Below are positions 26,008 through 37,105 of a stretch of 64,000 nucleotides of DNA, in pieces. How positions within the stretch are numbered: position 1 is the stretch's first letter; each line of letters opens with the position of its first letter. The DNA lies in assembly GCA_965216755.1 (NCBI GenBank), contig CBDCGL010000011.1, positions 4,448,001 to 4,512,000 of the forward strand. Reading direction: 5' to 3'. This DNA is from Alphaproteobacteria bacterium (GTDB lineage Bacteria > Pseudomonadota > Alphaproteobacteria > UBA7887). The position numbers and the translations under genes are program-made. Under the pieces are notes generated by a model. The model ran no database searches. It worked only from the letters and a program-made list of their open reading frames with translations, and was not told where the DNA came from.

Positions 26008-28130
26008 GCTGTGTGAAATTGACCGCCAGCCTTAGCCATATCGCGCAGCATTTCGGGCGGTGTGAATCGCGCGCCATGTCGCTGAGCCAAAGAGTCACAG
26101 GCGGCGGTAAACGCTTCGGCACCGACGGTGTCGATCAGCGAAAGCGGGCCGCCGGTGTGGGGCGCGAAACCCCAGCCAAGGATGGCGCCGACATCGCCGT
26201 CGGCCGGATCCAATAGCACGCCTTCCTGTAAGCAACGCACTGTTTCGACCGCTTGAACGAAAAGTAGACGTTGTTTGAGTGCTTCGACATCAGGCTGGTC
26301 ACCGCGCGCCGGAAAGTCTTCGCTCAGGCCCGGCCACAGGCGCTTGCCGTCGTTCGACGGATAGTCGTAAAAGCCTTTTGCACTTTTGCGTCCGAGGCGG
26401 CCATGCGTGCTGACCATGGTGTCAAGAACGCCGTCGCCGGGTCCGGGCCCGTAGTCGTCGCCAAGGTCCCTGCGTGTTTGCGCGCGAACTTTGTGCATCA
26501 GATCCAATGACACTTCATCGGCAACCGCCAACGGTCCCACCGGCATGCCGGCCAGCTTGCCGGCATTTTCGATCAGGGCCGGTTTGATGCCTTCGTCCAG
26601 CATGGCCAAGCCTTCTTGGACATAGGTCGCGAAAACGCGACTCGTATAGAAGCCGCGGCTATCGGTGACCACGATCGGTGTCTTGCCAACTTGTTTGACA
26701 TAGTCCATGGCGGCGGCCAGACACGCGTCGGATGTTCTCTCGCCGCGAATAATCTCGACCAACGGCATGCGTTCGACTGGCGAGAAAAAGTGCAAGCCGA
26801 TGAATTGCTCTGGCCGGGCGCTCGCTTCCGCCAAACCAGTTATCGGCAGGGTCGATGTATTGGATGCAAAAACGGCGTCGGGTCCGATCACGGCCTCGGA
26901 TTTGCGCGTCACGTCCGCTTTGATATCACGGTTCTCGAACACGGCCTCGATCACCAACTCGCAGCCGGCGAGGTCTTCAAAGCGATCGGTCGGTGTCAAG
27001 CGGGCCAGCACCGCGTCGCGTGCTTCCGGGGTCGCGCGGCCTTTTTCGACCTGACGCGACTGTAGCGCCGCGGCGTGGGCCTTTCCCGCTTCGGCCTTGT
27101 CTTTTGTCGAATCCAGTAGCACGACATCAAGCCCCGATTGGGCACTGACATGGCCGATACCGGCGCCCATCATGCCGGCGCCCAGCACGCCGATTTTTTT
27201 GAACGCCGCCGGCGCGTAACCGGCCGGCCGCCGCACCAATTTGTTGGCTGCGCCGATGTTGAAAAAGAATGTCCGAACCATGTTGCGGGCCACATCGCCC
27301 AGCAAAGTGTGTGCGAACCAGCGTGCTTCGATGCGCAGGCCGACATCGATCGTGACCTGTAGACCTTCGAAGACACATGACATGATCGCTTGGGGTGCGG
27401 GATAGTTGCCGCGCGTCTTTTCATGGAGCATGGCATTACCCGCCAGGAATGACTCCATCCCTGACTTGGTCCAGACGCCGCCGCCCGGCAGTTTGAATTT
27501 CTTGGTGTCCCATGCTTTGACCGGGTCGATCGTGTCGTCGGCGATTGCCGCTCTGGCGGCTTCGACCAGCATGTCGGGGGCGACAATGTCATCGACAATG
27601 CCTGCCTTTTGCGCGCCCGTGGCCGACAGTTTCTTACCTTCGACAAGCAGCAGCAGTGCCTCGCGCGCACCGACCATACGTGGCAAGCGTTGGGTGGCAC
27701 CACCGCCCGGCACCAGCCCCAAGGTGACTTCCGGCTGCCCGAAACGGGCGTGGGGCACGTCGGCAGCCAAACGGCGGTGGCACGCAAGCGCAAGCTCCTG
27801 TCCGCCGCCCAGGGCACTGCCATTCATGGCGGCGACAAACGGTTTGCCGCCCGTCTCCAACTTGCGCAGCACCGTTTGGAAGGTCTGGCAGGCGGCCATG
27901 GCCTGTTCCGCCGTTCTGACTTGCATGAGCGCGTCCAAATCGGCGCCGGCCAGGAAGGTCGATTTGGCGGATGTCATGACGGCGCCGACGACTGACTGGT
28001 CGCCAAGCACTGTGTCGACCGCCTGGTCCAGCGCGGCCGTAAAATCGGCGTTGATCACATTGGCGCTGCGGCCCGGCATGTCCATAGTGAGGACAGCGAT
28101 GCCGTCGCTGCCCAGCGCATAGTCGATCAT
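26004..28130 (-). CDS. Multifunctional enoyl-CoA hydratase / 3-hydroxyacyl-CoA dehydrogenase (FadB/FadJ-type)
   Basis: AGADL, GQPEVTLGLVPGGGATQRLPR, GVLGAGMMGAGI, IEAVFEN, ASNTSTLPI, GLHFFSPV. Confidence 0.95.
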   Translation of the reverse strand: MIDYALGSDGIAVLTMDMPGRSANVINADFTAALDQAVDTVLGDQSVVGAVMTSAKSTFLAGADLDALMQVRTAEQAMAACQTFQTVLRKLETGGKPFVAAMNGSALGGGQELALACHRRLAADVPHARFGQPEVTLGLVPGGGATQRLPRMVGAREALLLLVEGKKLSATGAQKAGIVDDIVAPDMLVEAARAAIADDTIDPVKAWDTKKFKLPGGGVWTKSGMESFLAGNAMLHEKTRGNYPAPQAIMSCVFEGLQVTIDVGLRIEARWFAHTLLGDVARNMVRTFFFNIGAANKLVRRPAGYAPAAFKKIGVLGAGMMGAGIGHVSAQSGLDVVLLDSTKDKAEAGKAHAAALQSRQVEKGRATPEARDAVLARLTPTDRFEDLAGCELVIEAVFENRDIKADVTRKSEAVIGPDAVFASNTSTLPITGLAEASARPEQFIGLHFFSPVERMPLVEIIRGERTSDACLAAAMDYVKQVGKTPIVVTDSRGFYTSRVFATYVQEGLAMLDEGIKPALIENAGKLAGMPVGPLAVADEVSLDLMHKVRAQTRRDLGDDYGPGPGDGVLDTMVSTHGRLGRKSAKGFYDYPSNDGKRLWPGLSEDFPARGDQPDVEALKQRLLFVQAVETVRCLQEGVLLDPADGDVGAILGWGFAPHTGGPLSLIDTVGAEAFTAACDSLAQRHGARFTPPEMLRDMAKAGGQFHTA

Positions 28131-28166
28131 GTCATCACCTTGGTTCGCCGGCCGTCGTGCCGGGTT

Positions 28167-29378
28167 CTAGGAAATTCGTTCGATGATCGTTGCAGTGCCC
28201 ATGCCCGCGCCGACGCACAACGTCGCGAGACCGGTTTCCAGGTCGCGCCGTTCCATTTCGTCGAGCAGCGTACCCAAGATCATCGCGCCGGTGGCGCCAA
28301 GCGGATGGCCCATCGCGATCGCGCCGCCATTGACATTGATCTTGTCGTGGGGCACCCCGAGCGCTTCCATATAGCGCAACACGACCGCCGCGAAGGCCTC
28401 ATTGAGTTCATACAGATCGACATCGCCGACCGACATGCCGGCGCGTTTCAACGCCTTTTCGGTCGCTGCGCTGGGGCCGGTCAACATGATCGTCGGCTCG
28501 CTGCCGACCGACGCAAAAGCGCGAATGCGGGCGCGTGCTTTCAGGCCCTGGGCGGCGCCGGCTTCATCGGTGCCGACCAACACTGCGGCCGCGCCATCAA
28601 CGATACCGGAAGAATTGCCGGCATGATGAACATGCGTGATGCGCTCGACATCCGGGTAGCGCTGGATGGCGACACTGTCGAAGCCAAAGCTTTCACCTTG
28701 CGTGGCAAATGACGGGTTCAGCGCCGCCAAAGACTGCATGGTGGCGTCAGGGCGCATATGCTCGTCATGGTCCAACACGGTCAGTCCATTTTGATCCTTG
28801 ACGGGCACCACAGAAGTCGCGAAATGGCCTTTATCCCAGGCATTTGCGGCACGTTTTTGAGACTCGACGGCATAGCTGTCCAGATCGTCGCGGCTATAGC
28901 CGTGGCGCGTGGCGATCAGATCGGCCGAGATTCCTTGCGGTACGAAATACGTCTTGAATGCAACGTCCGGGTCAAGGCCCCAGGCACCACCGGTCGAAAA
29001 CATCGGCACTCGCGACATAGATTCGACCCCGCCGCCGATGGCCATATCGGATTGACCCGACATCACTTGGCCGGCCGCCATGTTGACGGCTTCCAGGCCG
29101 GACGCGCAAAACCGATTGATCTGAACACCCGCGACCGACTCGGCATAATCCGCATAGAGCACCGCCAGACGCGCGATGTCGGCGCCTTCTTCGGCCACCG
29201 GTTCGACCACGCCCAGAACCACGTCGTCGACGGCGGACGTGTCCAGACCATTGCGGTCGCGCAACGCAGTCAGCGCCCCTGCGGCCAGCCGAATCGGTGT
29301 GACCTCGTTGAGGGCGCCATCAGCCTTACCGCGACCCCGCGGTGTGCGCACGGCATCATAGATATAGGCGTCGGTCAT
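28167..29378 (-). CDS. Acetyl-CoA C-acyltransferase (thiolase)
   Basis: [43 protein letters not shown]. Confidence 0.95.
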   Translation of the reverse strand: MTDAYIYDAVRTPRGRGKADGALNEVTPIRLAAGALTALRDRNGLDTSAVDDVVLGVVEPVAEEGADIARLAVLYADYAESVAGVQINRFCASGLEAVNMAAGQVMSGQSDMAIGGGVESMSRVPMFSTGGAWGLDPDVAFKTYFVPQGISADLIATRHGYSRDDLDSYAVESQKRAANAWDKGHFATSVVPVKDQNGLTVLDHDEHMRPDATMQSLAALNPSFATQGESFGFDSVAIQRYPDVERITHVHHAGNSSGIVDGAAAVLVGTDEAGAAQGLKARARIRAFASVGSEPTIMLTGPSAATEKALKRAGMSVGDVDLYELNEAFAAVVLRYMEALGVPHDKINVNGGAIAMGHPLGATGAMILGTLLDEMERRDLETGLATLCVGAGMGTATIIERIS

Positions 29379-29422
29379 ATTGGATCTCCTTGCGCGGCAA
29401 GTATCATTGCAATTGCACTGCC

Positions 29423-30577
29423 TTACAGGCTTCGGCTGATGAGCTCTTTCATGATCTCAGATGTTCCCCCGTAGATTCGCTGCACGCGGGCATCGGCCCA
29501 GGCGCGGGCGATCGGATACTCCCACATATAGCCGTAGCCGCCATGCAGCTGCACACAACTGTCGATCACGCGACACTGCATTTCCGACAACCACAGTTTG
29601 GCCATCGCGCCCATAGTGGCGTCAAGCCGACCGTCACGATGCAAACGAAGGCAATGATCGACGAACACGCGGCCGACTTCGACCTCGGTCTTGAGCTCGG
29701 CCAAGGTGAAGCGGGTATTTTGGAAGCTGGCGATCGGCTTGCCGAAAGCTGTGCGCTCGCGGGTATAGTCGATGGTCCCTTGCAGCGCGGCCTCGGCGGC
29801 CGCGATCGCGCCGACCGCGATAATTAGTCGTTCTTGCGCTAGCTCCTGCATCAAATAACCAAAGCCTTGGTTTTCTGCACCCAGCAGATTGCTGCGCGGC
29901 ACGCGCACATTGTCGAAGAACAGCTCGGACGTGTCCTGGGCCTTTAAGCCGGTCTTCTCCAGATTGCGGCCCCGGCTGTAGCCCTCGCGTTCGGCTTCGA
30001 CCAAGACCAAGCTGGTGCCATGGGCGCCGCGCGACGTGTCGGTTTTCGCAACCACAATGATCAAATCAGCGTTTTGGCCATTGGTTATGAATGTCTTTTG
30101 CCCGTTGATGATGAAGTCGTCGCCATCGGCTGTCGCGGTGGTCTTAACGCCCTGCAGATCGCTGCCCGTACCTGGCTCGGTCATCGCGATGGCACCGATC
30201 GTGTCCCCGCGGACCATGCGCGGCAGCCAAGTTTGTTTTTGCGCTTCGGAGCCAAAATGCACGATGTAGGGCGCGACGATGTCGGAATGCACGGCGAAGC
30301 CCGGGCCCGACGCGCCAGCGCGGGCGAGTTCATCCAAAATGATCGCCGCGAACAGGAAGTCCGCACCCACGCCGCCATATTCCTCCGGAACGCTTGTGCA
30401 CAGAAACCCGGCTTCGCCGGCTTTTTGCCAGAATTCGCGCGGGACGATACCGTCAGCCTCCCACTTGGCGTGGTGCGGCGTGACCTCTTTCTCGATAAAG
30501 CGCCGCACGGAGTCACGAAACAGCTCGTGGTCGGGCCCGTATAGGGACGCCGCTTCCGGATGGGTCATGCCGGTCAT
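29423..30577 (-). CDS. Long-chain acyl-CoA dehydrogenase
   Basis: [60 protein letters not shown]. Confidence 0.95.
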   Translation of the reverse strand: MTGMTHPEAASLYGPDHELFRDSVRRFIEKEVTPHHAKWEADGIVPREFWQKAGEAGFLCTSVPEEYGGVGADFLFAAIILDELARAGASGPGFAVHSDIVAPYIVHFGSEAQKQTWLPRMVRGDTIGAIAMTEPGTGSDLQGVKTTATADGDDFIINGQKTFITNGQNADLIIVVAKTDTSRGAHGTSLVLVEAEREGYSRGRNLEKTGLKAQDTSELFFDNVRVPRSNLLGAENQGFGYLMQELAQERLIIAVGAIAAAEAALQGTIDYTRERTAFGKPIASFQNTRFTLAELKTEVEVGRVFVDHCLRLHRDGRLDATMGAMAKLWLSEMQCRVIDSCVQLHGGYGYMWEYPIARAWADARVQRIYGGTSEIMKELISRSL

Positions 30578-30755
30578 ACTATGCCTTTCATGAATATGCG
30601 CATGTACGGCGCGCCGCGTGTCACCATAGCATCTAGCTCGTCAGGCGGGGAATTGCGGATCGGGTCTGTGGCAATTGCGTCGCAGCCTTGACGTCTCTAA
30701 CCAACGCCGAAACCATCGCTGCAATCCGCATTTTTCCCGATCGTGATTAGGAGTT

Positions 30756-30960
30756 GACCACTGCCGATACCCGCATAAATTGCCACGCGCTTGAGCCTTT
30801 CGGCGATCGCCGCGCCGATGTTTCTCGTGTCCGGTCCAGAGATTGTTGTGGCTGCCTGTCAGGCCGGCGTTGTTGGAACATTTCCAGCGCTTAACGCGCG
30901 CCCCATCGAAACCCTCGATGCTTGGATGGATCAGATCGCGCGCGCGTGTGCGGTCGCGGC
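30756..30960 (+). pseudogene. N-terminal fragment of a nitronate monooxygenase (2-nitropropane dioxygenase-like) gene
   Basis: LPIPA*IATRLSLSAIAAPMFLVSGPEIVVAACQAGVVGTFPALNARP..LDAWMDQI, with an in-frame stop and no recognisable continuation. Confidence 0.7.
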
Positions 30961-30971
30961 GGCGACCGGCG

Positions 30972-31706
30972 TTAGGCCGCCGCGGTGCGCGTTGCGGTCG
31001 GCATGTCGATTTCGCGCCAACGGTGGCAAGTCGTGGTGTGGTCCAGGTCGATATGTTGCACCGATAGCGCGGTGGTCGTGCAGGCATCCGTCGCGTTTTG
31101 ACAACGTGATCCGAAAGGGCAGCCGACTGCGATCTGCGGCGTTGGTGCACTGTCACCGGTGCGCAGGGCGGCCCTGTAAGGGTGAACGAATGGGTCGGCC
31201 GCCGTTTCGCGCCGAAACTGCTCAACCAGGCGGCCGCCGCACAACACAGCCGTCGCGGCGCAGGTCGTTTCGAAAAGCTCTGGCCGGCGATCTACGACGA
31301 TGGCCGCGATACCCGTCGCTTGCGCCCAGGTCTGCAAGCCCGAGAGCGGGACCGCCGCACCCGAGTTCTGATGGGCGCTCATACTGTCCACGACGACCAG
31401 TCGAACCGCGGCCTTCTCGGCCGCTTCCAGGCTGTCGCGGTCAAGTTTAGCGATCGACATGATGGCGGTGGTGATGTGGTCCGGTGCGCGCACGAGATCG
31501 CTCCGGCCGCACAGGATCCGGCCGGACACAATCCGCATGGAATCATTTGGGGTCTCGGTCAAAACTCGGCAGAGAACCGTTTTGCCGGCGCCTGCGCCGC
31601 CGCAGACGCCGAGGACTTCGCCAGCTTCGGCATACAGACCTTCGATGCTGAGTACGGTCCGATGGCTGGCAACGACTTCCAACTGATGAATGTAAAGCGC
31701 CGTCAT
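30972..31706 (-). CDS. Truncated, degenerate oligopeptide ABC transporter ATPase (OppD/DppD-like)
   Basis: Walker A GGAGAGKT and C-terminal HPY...GCPFGSRC..A...C...CH. No LSGG signature, degenerate Walker B, only 244 aa. Confidence 0.6.
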   Translation of the reverse strand: MTALYIHQLEVVASHRTVLSIEGLYAEAGEVLGVCGGAGAGKTVLCRVLTETPNDSMRIVSGRILCGRSDLVRAPDHITTAIMSIAKLDRDSLEAAEKAAVRLVVVDSMSAHQNSGAAVPLSGLQTWAQATGIAAIVVDRRPELFETTCAATAVLCGGRLVEQFRRETAADPFVHPYRAALRTGDSAPTPQIAVGCPFGSRCQNATDACTTTALSVQHIDLDHTTTCHRWREIDMPTATRTAAA

Positions 31707-32210
31707 TTCAGAAGCTGGCCCGTAGTTTGGCTACCGATGTGCATATCAGAGACTTTAGGGGCTGGTCCTTAACGTGCCTTGAAAGGCCTTATGGCAAAAC
31801 GCCAATGGCACAATGTTGTCACTGGTTTGGGTGACCATGTCGGCGTTAGGGTCGTGCCCATAAAGAAGCCGCCGAAACCATGGATAGCAGAGGTCCGGCG
31901 GCTAGGGGCCGGCGCGCTGATGGGTGGGGGGTAGCACGCCAGCAAGGCTTATGTCTCCTAAGTGTGTCTTTTATGGCACACATACAAGGGAAGCAAGTTG
32001 ATGTTTTGGCCGCAGCTGCCGTCAGCGAGCCGGCCTTAGCCCAATCAGCAGGCGTATGCCGCGACCGCTCTCGCTTTATTGCGAGAGCGGTCGCTTTCTT
32101 CACGATTTCGTGATCCCATGCCGCATAAGCTACAACAGCGTCCAATGTTGCATTGTGGCATTTACCGCACTATGCGCCGCAATCGCAAAATTCATAATTT
32201 TGAGCGACCT

Positions 32211-32996
32211 ATGACAATCGATCTGCTTCTCATTCATGGCATGTGTACGACCGGGCGTTTTTGGGACCCTTTTGGCGCTTCTCTAGCCGCCGCGGGTTTT
32301 CGGATCCACGCGCCCACTTTACGTCACCATAAACGCCTATCCGAGGGGTCGCCGGATCCACGTTTGGGCATGGTCAGCTTGCGCGACTATGTCGAAGACC
32401 TCGAAGGGCTGATCGCCGATATGGATGCCAAGCCGATCATTATCGGCCATTCCATGGGCGGTCTCTTGGCACAGAAATTGGCGGCCAGAGACCGGGCGCG
32501 GGCGCTGGTGCTGCTGGCGCCGGCGCCACCGACCGGTGTTTTCGCCTTGTCACCATCGTCATTCATGACCTTCGCCAGCTATTTGCGCCACCCCTTGGCA
32601 TGGATGCAGCCTTTTGTGCCGACGCGGGCCGAGGCGACCTATGGTGTCTTGAATGCCCTTGAAGAGGATCGGCACGAGGTGGTTTATGCCGAGCGCGCCC
32701 ACGAGTCCGGCCGCGCTGTCTGGGAAATCGGCTTTTGGTGGTTGGATCCCTTGCGCGCGGCCTATGTTGAGCGCAGTGCCGTGCGGTGCCCTATTTTGGC
32801 TTGCGCCGGCGGTCGCGACCGCGCCGCACCGCCGTCATTGGTTCATCGCATCGCAGCCCGCTACCCTCAGTCCGAGGTTCGCGATTATCCAGACCGTGGC
32901 CATTTGATGGTTGTCGAACCGGGTTGGCCCGAAATTGCCGCGGATATTACCGAGTGGATTAAGGCGCTGCCGCCGCAGGCATCAACACACGATTGA
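32211..32996 (+). CDS. Alpha/beta hydrolase
   Basis: LIHGM, GHSMGG nucleophile elbow, GGRD, RGH. Confidence 0.9.
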   Translation: MTIDLLLIHGMCTTGRFWDPFGASLAAAGFRIHAPTLRHHKRLSEGSPDPRLGMVSLRDYVEDLEGLIADMDAKPIIIGHSMGGLLAQKLAARDRARALVLLAPAPPTGVFALSPSSFMTFASYLRHPLAWMQPFVPTRAEATYGVLNALEEDRHEVVYAERAHESGRAVWEIGFWWLDPLRAAYVERSAVRCPILACAGGRDRAAPPSLVHRIAARYPQSEVRDYPDRGHLMVVEPGWPEIAADITEWIKALPPQASTHD

Positions 32997-33675
32997 ACAA
33001 TCCGAGGGTTCGCCTCATGGCCTGGGCCGCCGATTCCGCGTGGTGGGGTGGGTAGCCGGCCCGATTGAACCCATGCTCGGTGCCCGGATAGACAAAAATC
33101 TCAACATCCGGTCTGGCGCCCATCCGGTCTTTCACGGCGGCCACGGCGTCGGGCGGCACATGTGAATCGTTTTCGGCAAAATGGAAGATCATCGGGCACT
33201 TGATCTGTTCGGCTTCTTCCAAATAGGCGTCGATCTTGACACCGTAGTAACTGACCGCCGCGTCGACGCCCAACCGCGCGGCACACAAAAAAGCGAGCTT
33301 TCCGCCCAGACAAAAACCAGTGGCGCCGACCAGCCCGGTGCATTCGGGCCGGGCCTTGAGCGCGGTCACGCAGCGGCCGAGATCTTCAACCAGTCGATCA
33401 ACGTGAAGCTCGGCATTGAGGGCGCGCGCCTTCGTCCGGCCGTCATCGGTGTAGGGAAGGTAAGTATCTGGTTCGAGACGCCAAAACACGTCCGGCGCCA
33501 ATGTCACGTAGCCCTGTGCCGCGAACCCATCCGCGACCGAACGGATATGATCATTGCTGTTGAAGATTTCCGGCAACACCAAAAGTCCGGGGCCCACGCC
33601 GCCTGGCGGCGTCGCAATGTGTGCGGAAAACGCGCCGCCATCATCGGCTTGGACTGAGATTTGGCTACGTGACAT
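32959..33675 (-). CDS. Dienelactone hydrolase family
   Basis: LPEIF, LAPDVFWR, GFCLGG, SYYG, AEND, YPGTEHGF. Confidence 0.92.
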   Translation of the reverse strand: MSRSQISVQADDGGAFSAHIATPPGGVGPGLLVLPEIFNSNDHIRSVADGFAAQGYVTLAPDVFWRLEPDTYLPYTDDGRTKARALNAELHVDRLVEDLGRCVTALKARPECTGLVGATGFCLGGKLAFLCAARLGVDAAVSYYGVKIDAYLEEAEQIKCPMIFHFAENDSHVPPDAVAAVKDRMGARPDVEIFVYPGTEHGFNRAGYPPHHAESAAQAMRRTLGLFNRVLMPAAAAP

Positions 33676-33686
33676 GGGGCTATCCG

Positions 33687-35126
33687 CTAGTCGTTGACCG
33701 GTTTTGCAGGTTTCGGGTCGATCGGCACCTGGTTGGCGAGGCCCGTGGTCGCTTCGAACGCCGCCGCCGCCGATAGCAACGCCGCTTCGCCATGATGTCG
33801 ACCAACCATTTGTAGGCCAACGGGTCGCCCGTCCGCAGTAATGCCACATGGCACTGATATCGCCGGGCAACTGGTCAGCGTAATGGCGCCGCAGATCAAG
33901 AGCCAATCGGTGTAGTTGGGTAAGGCGACGCCGTTGACGCGGTTCGGCCAGCGGATTTCACAGTCGAACGGTGGCACGACGGCGGCCGGGCACAGGAGCA
34001 GGTCATACTTCTCAAAAAACGCCACAGATCGTTGAAATATCACGGCTCTCTGGCGTTCGCCGCGGATCACGTCTTCGGCCGTCAGCGCCAAGCCGGCTTC
34101 AATATTCCAGATCACTTCGGGCTTTAGAGCGTCGCGATGATCGGGCAAAAGGTCACCTTTCGTGCCAACAAACAGCGCCGCCCGCAACAGGTGGAAGCAT
34201 TCGGCCGCCTCGCTGAAGTCGGGACAGGCTTCCTCGACCACCGCGCCGAGCTCTTGGAACTTCACCGCCGCCTGGCGGCAGATGTCAGCCACTTCCGGTG
34301 TGACGGGCGTGATCCCTAAGTCAGGGCTGAACGCGACCCGCACCGGCGATTTGGGTGCGTCGACACTGGCCACGAAGGGTGTCGCGGGTTCGGTCATCGA
34401 CAGCGGGTCGCGTCGATCGCGGCCGGCCATGGCATCCAGCATTAGCGCCACGTCGCCGACCGAACGGCCCATCGGCCCGTCCACGGCCAAACTCTGAAAC
34501 GGCAATGGACCTGGGCCATGGGCGACCCGGCCGGGGCTGGGTCGTAGGCCAACCACGGAACAGAAGCTGGCCGGATTGCGCAAGCTGCCGCCCAGATCGC
34601 TGCCACTTGCCAGCCACGCCTGGCCGGCGGCGAGCGCGGCCGCGGCGCCGCCCGACGATCCGCCTGGCGTGAGCGCTGTATTCCAAGGGTTGCGCGTCGG
34701 CCCGAATACTTCGTTGAATGTTTGCGAACCGGCGCCGAATTCGGGCGTATTGGATTTGCCGATTACCACGCCGCCACGGCTCTCGAGGTGTTCGACCGCA
34801 TAATCGCTGTGCGGCGAGACATGGTCGGCATAGATCGGCGAGCCGAAGGTGGTGCGCACGCCTTCAACTTCGTTCAGGTCCTTGATCGGCAAGGGTAGTC
34901 CGTACAGTTGGCCGGGCTCATCTTCCGCCGGTTGCTGCATGATCGCCTTGGCCCGATCGCGGGCGCGATCCAAGCACAGTGTGGGCAGGGCGTTAACGGC
35001 GCTGTCGGTCGCTTCGATCCGTGCGGCAGCAGCATCGATCAGCTCCAGCGGCGATACCGCGCCGGACTTAAGCAAGGCAACCACTTCGCGTGCACTCTTT
35101 CGAATCAGCTCATCCATGTGTGTCAT
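33687..35126 (-). CDS. Amidase signature family protein
   Basis: PIKDL, GKSNTPEFG, PGGSSGG, GSDLGGSLRNPA. Confidence 0.93.
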   Translation of the reverse strand: MTHMDELIRKSAREVVALLKSGAVSPLELIDAAAARIEATDSAVNALPTLCLDRARDRAKAIMQQPAEDEPGQLYGLPLPIKDLNEVEGVRTTFGSPIYADHVSPHSDYAVEHLESRGGVVIGKSNTPEFGAGSQTFNEVFGPTRNPWNTALTPGGSSGGAAAALAAGQAWLASGSDLGGSLRNPASFCSVVGLRPSPGRVAHGPGPLPFQSLAVDGPMGRSVGDVALMLDAMAGRDRRDPLSMTEPATPFVASVDAPKSPVRVAFSPDLGITPVTPEVADICRQAAVKFQELGAVVEEACPDFSEAAECFHLLRAALFVGTKGDLLPDHRDALKPEVIWNIEAGLALTAEDVIRGERQRAVIFQRSVAFFEKYDLLLCPAAVVPPFDCEIRWPNRVNGVALPNYTDWLLICGAITLTSCPAISVPCGITADGRPVGLQMVGRHHGEAALLSAAAAFEATTGLANQVPIDPKPAKPVND

Positions 35127-35135
35127 GCCTCTCGC

Positions 35136-35873
35136 TCAATGGCGGCCGCCGGAAACGTCCATAACCGTGCCGACGCAATATGATGCTTTGTCGGACGCCA
35201 TCCACACAACGGCTTCGGCAATTTCATTTGGCTCCGCCATGCGTTTGATCGGGATAGTGGGTGGGATCGAAGCCACATTGTCCGCCGGGTTGATATCCGT
35301 GTCGGTCATGCCGGCGCGAACTGCGTTGACGCGTATGCCGTGATCAATCGCCTCTTTGGCCAGGCCCAAGGTAAATGTGTCGATGGCGGCCTTGCTGGCC
35401 GCGTAATGAACCCAATTGAAAGCACCGCCATGATGGACGGCGATAGACGAAACATTGACGATGACGCCGCCGCCGTGGCCGCGTTGGGTCGACATGCGCT
35501 TGAACGCTTCGCGGGCGCACAAGAAGTACCCAAATACATTGATGCGAAAGACTTCGTCGAGATCGGCGGCGTTGATTTCTGATACCAGACAGCGGCGGCC
35601 AACAATTCCGGCGTTGTTGATCAGCGTCGTGACCGGTCCGAGCTGTTGGTCGCAGGTCTCGAACAGGCGAAGGATCTCATCCTCGTGGGCGACATCGGCT
35701 TGCACCGCGACGGCCGTGCCGCCGGCCGCATTGATGTCGGCGACAACGGCTTCTGCGTGGGAATGGTTGCGGGCATAGTTGACGCAAACCGCAAAACCGT
35801 CTGTGGCACCGCGCTTAGCGATGGCCGCGCCGATGCCACGACCGGCGCCCGTGACGATCATAACCCCGCTCAT
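35136..35873 (-). CDS. Short-chain dehydrogenase/reductase
   Basis: TGAGRGIG, NNAG, NVSS, YAASK. Confidence 0.92.
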   Translation of the reverse strand: MSGVMIVTGAGRGIGAAIAKRGATDGFAVCVNYARNHSHAEAVVADINAAGGTAVAVQADVAHEDEILRLFETCDQQLGPVTTLINNAGIVGRRCLVSEINAADLDEVFRINVFGYFLCAREAFKRMSTQRGHGGGVIVNVSSIAVHHGGAFNWVHYAASKAAIDTFTLGLAKEAIDHGIRVNAVRAGMTDTDINPADNVASIPPTIPIKRMAEPNEIAEAVVWMASDKASYCVGTVMDVSGGRH

Positions 35874-37054
35874 GTTTCTGCCCTTGCCAGGTGGGCGATA
35901 GCGGCGTCGACACCGCCGGCGCCGTGGGGCACGCCACACGCGCGCAATGATGCCTCAATACAGCCGAGGGTGCCCAGGATCATCGGTTCGTTCAAATCCC
36001 CCAAATGTCCGATCCGGAAGACCCGGCCGGCGAGCCGCAACAGGCCACCGCCGAGCACGACATTGTATCCGTCGGCGCAATGCGCCTTGACTTGGTTGGC
36101 GTCATGGCCCTCGGGCATCAATACAGCGGTGACCGAGTCTGAATGTTCGGCTGGATCGCACGATAGTAGATCCGGGCCTCCGCCTTGGCTCCAGGCGCGG
36201 ACCGCGCATCGGGTCGCTTCGGCCAACCGATGGTGACGCTGGAATACACCATCAAGCGTCTCCTCCAGCAACATGACGAGTGCCTCGCGCAATCCGAACA
36301 TCATGTTGATGGCCGGGGTACAAGGAAAGGTGACGGTCTTGCCGTCGGGCAACATTGTCCGCCAGTCCCAATAGCTGCGCGGCAATCGTCGCGATTGCGC
36401 GGCAGCCAACGCGTTCGGGCTGACTCCGGTAAAACTCAGTCCAGGTGGCAACATCAGTCCCTTTTGCGAGCCACCGACAGCTACGTCGACGCGCCATTCG
36501 TCCATGCGAAAATCCATCGACGCCAGCGAAGAGATCGTATCGACCAGAAACAAGGCCGGATGTTTGGCCGCGTCGATGGCCGCGCGGACCGCGGCACAAC
36601 GGCTCACTATGCCGGTTGAGGTTTCGTTGTGCACCAAGGCGACGGCTTTGATTTCGTAGTCGTTATCTTGGGCCAAATGGGCTTCGACCGCGGCTGGGTC
36701 GGCGCCGTGGCGCCAATCGCCGGGCAAATAGTCGACGCGGATACCGAACGCTTCGGCCATCTCTTTCCACCAACCGGAAAATGCGCCGGTTTCGGGTATC
36801 ACGATGCGATCGCCTGCCGCGCAGATGTTGGTTAGCGCGGCTTCCCAGGCGCCATGCCCGGCCGACGGATAGATTAAGACCGGATGTTCAGTCTGAAAAA
36901 TTTGTTTTATGTCAGAGAGCACCTGGGCACTCAACGCACGGAATTCCGGGCCACGGTGGTCGACGGCGGCGCGGTCCATAGCACGAAGAATCCGGTCCGG
37001 CATATTGGTGGGGCCGGGGGTATGAAGGAACTGGCGTCCGCGTTGAGGTGACAC
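35870..37054 (-). CDS. Serine/alanine-glyoxylate aminotransferase (class V PLP enzyme)
   Basis: GRQFLHTPGPTNMPDRILRAM, VHNETSTG, DTISS, GSQKGLMLPPG, FRIGHLG. GTG start inferred. Confidence 0.9.
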   Translation of the reverse strand: MSPQRGRQFLHTPGPTNMPDRILRAMDRAAVDHRGPEFRALSAQVLSDIKQIFQTEHPVLIYPSAGHGAWEAALTNICAAGDRIVIPETGAFSGWWKEMAEAFGIRVDYLPGDWRHGADPAAVEAHLAQDNDYEIKAVALVHNETSTGIVSRCAAVRAAIDAAKHPALFLVDTISSLASMDFRMDEWRVDVAVGGSQKGLMLPPGLSFTGVSPNALAAAQSRRLPRSYWDWRTMLPDGKTVTFPCTPAINMMFGLREALVMLLEETLDGVFQRHHRLAEATRCAVRAWSQGGGPDLLSCDPAEHSDSVTAVLMPEGHDANQVKAHCADGYNVVLGGGLLRLAGRVFRIGHLGDLNEPMILGTLGCIEASLRACGVPHGAGGVDAAIAHLARAET

Positions 37055-37105
37055 GATTTCGATTGGCCTTGACTGATGAGCTGTTAGGGTGCGCAGCATA
37101 GCGAC

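Noticed and set aside
31807-31822. Sigma54 promoter (TGGCAC...)
   Set aside because: The -12 GC is missing.
31720-32200. Short ORFs in the spacer upstream of the OppD-like gene
   Set aside because: No recognisable motifs or RBS, so coding status cannot be supported.
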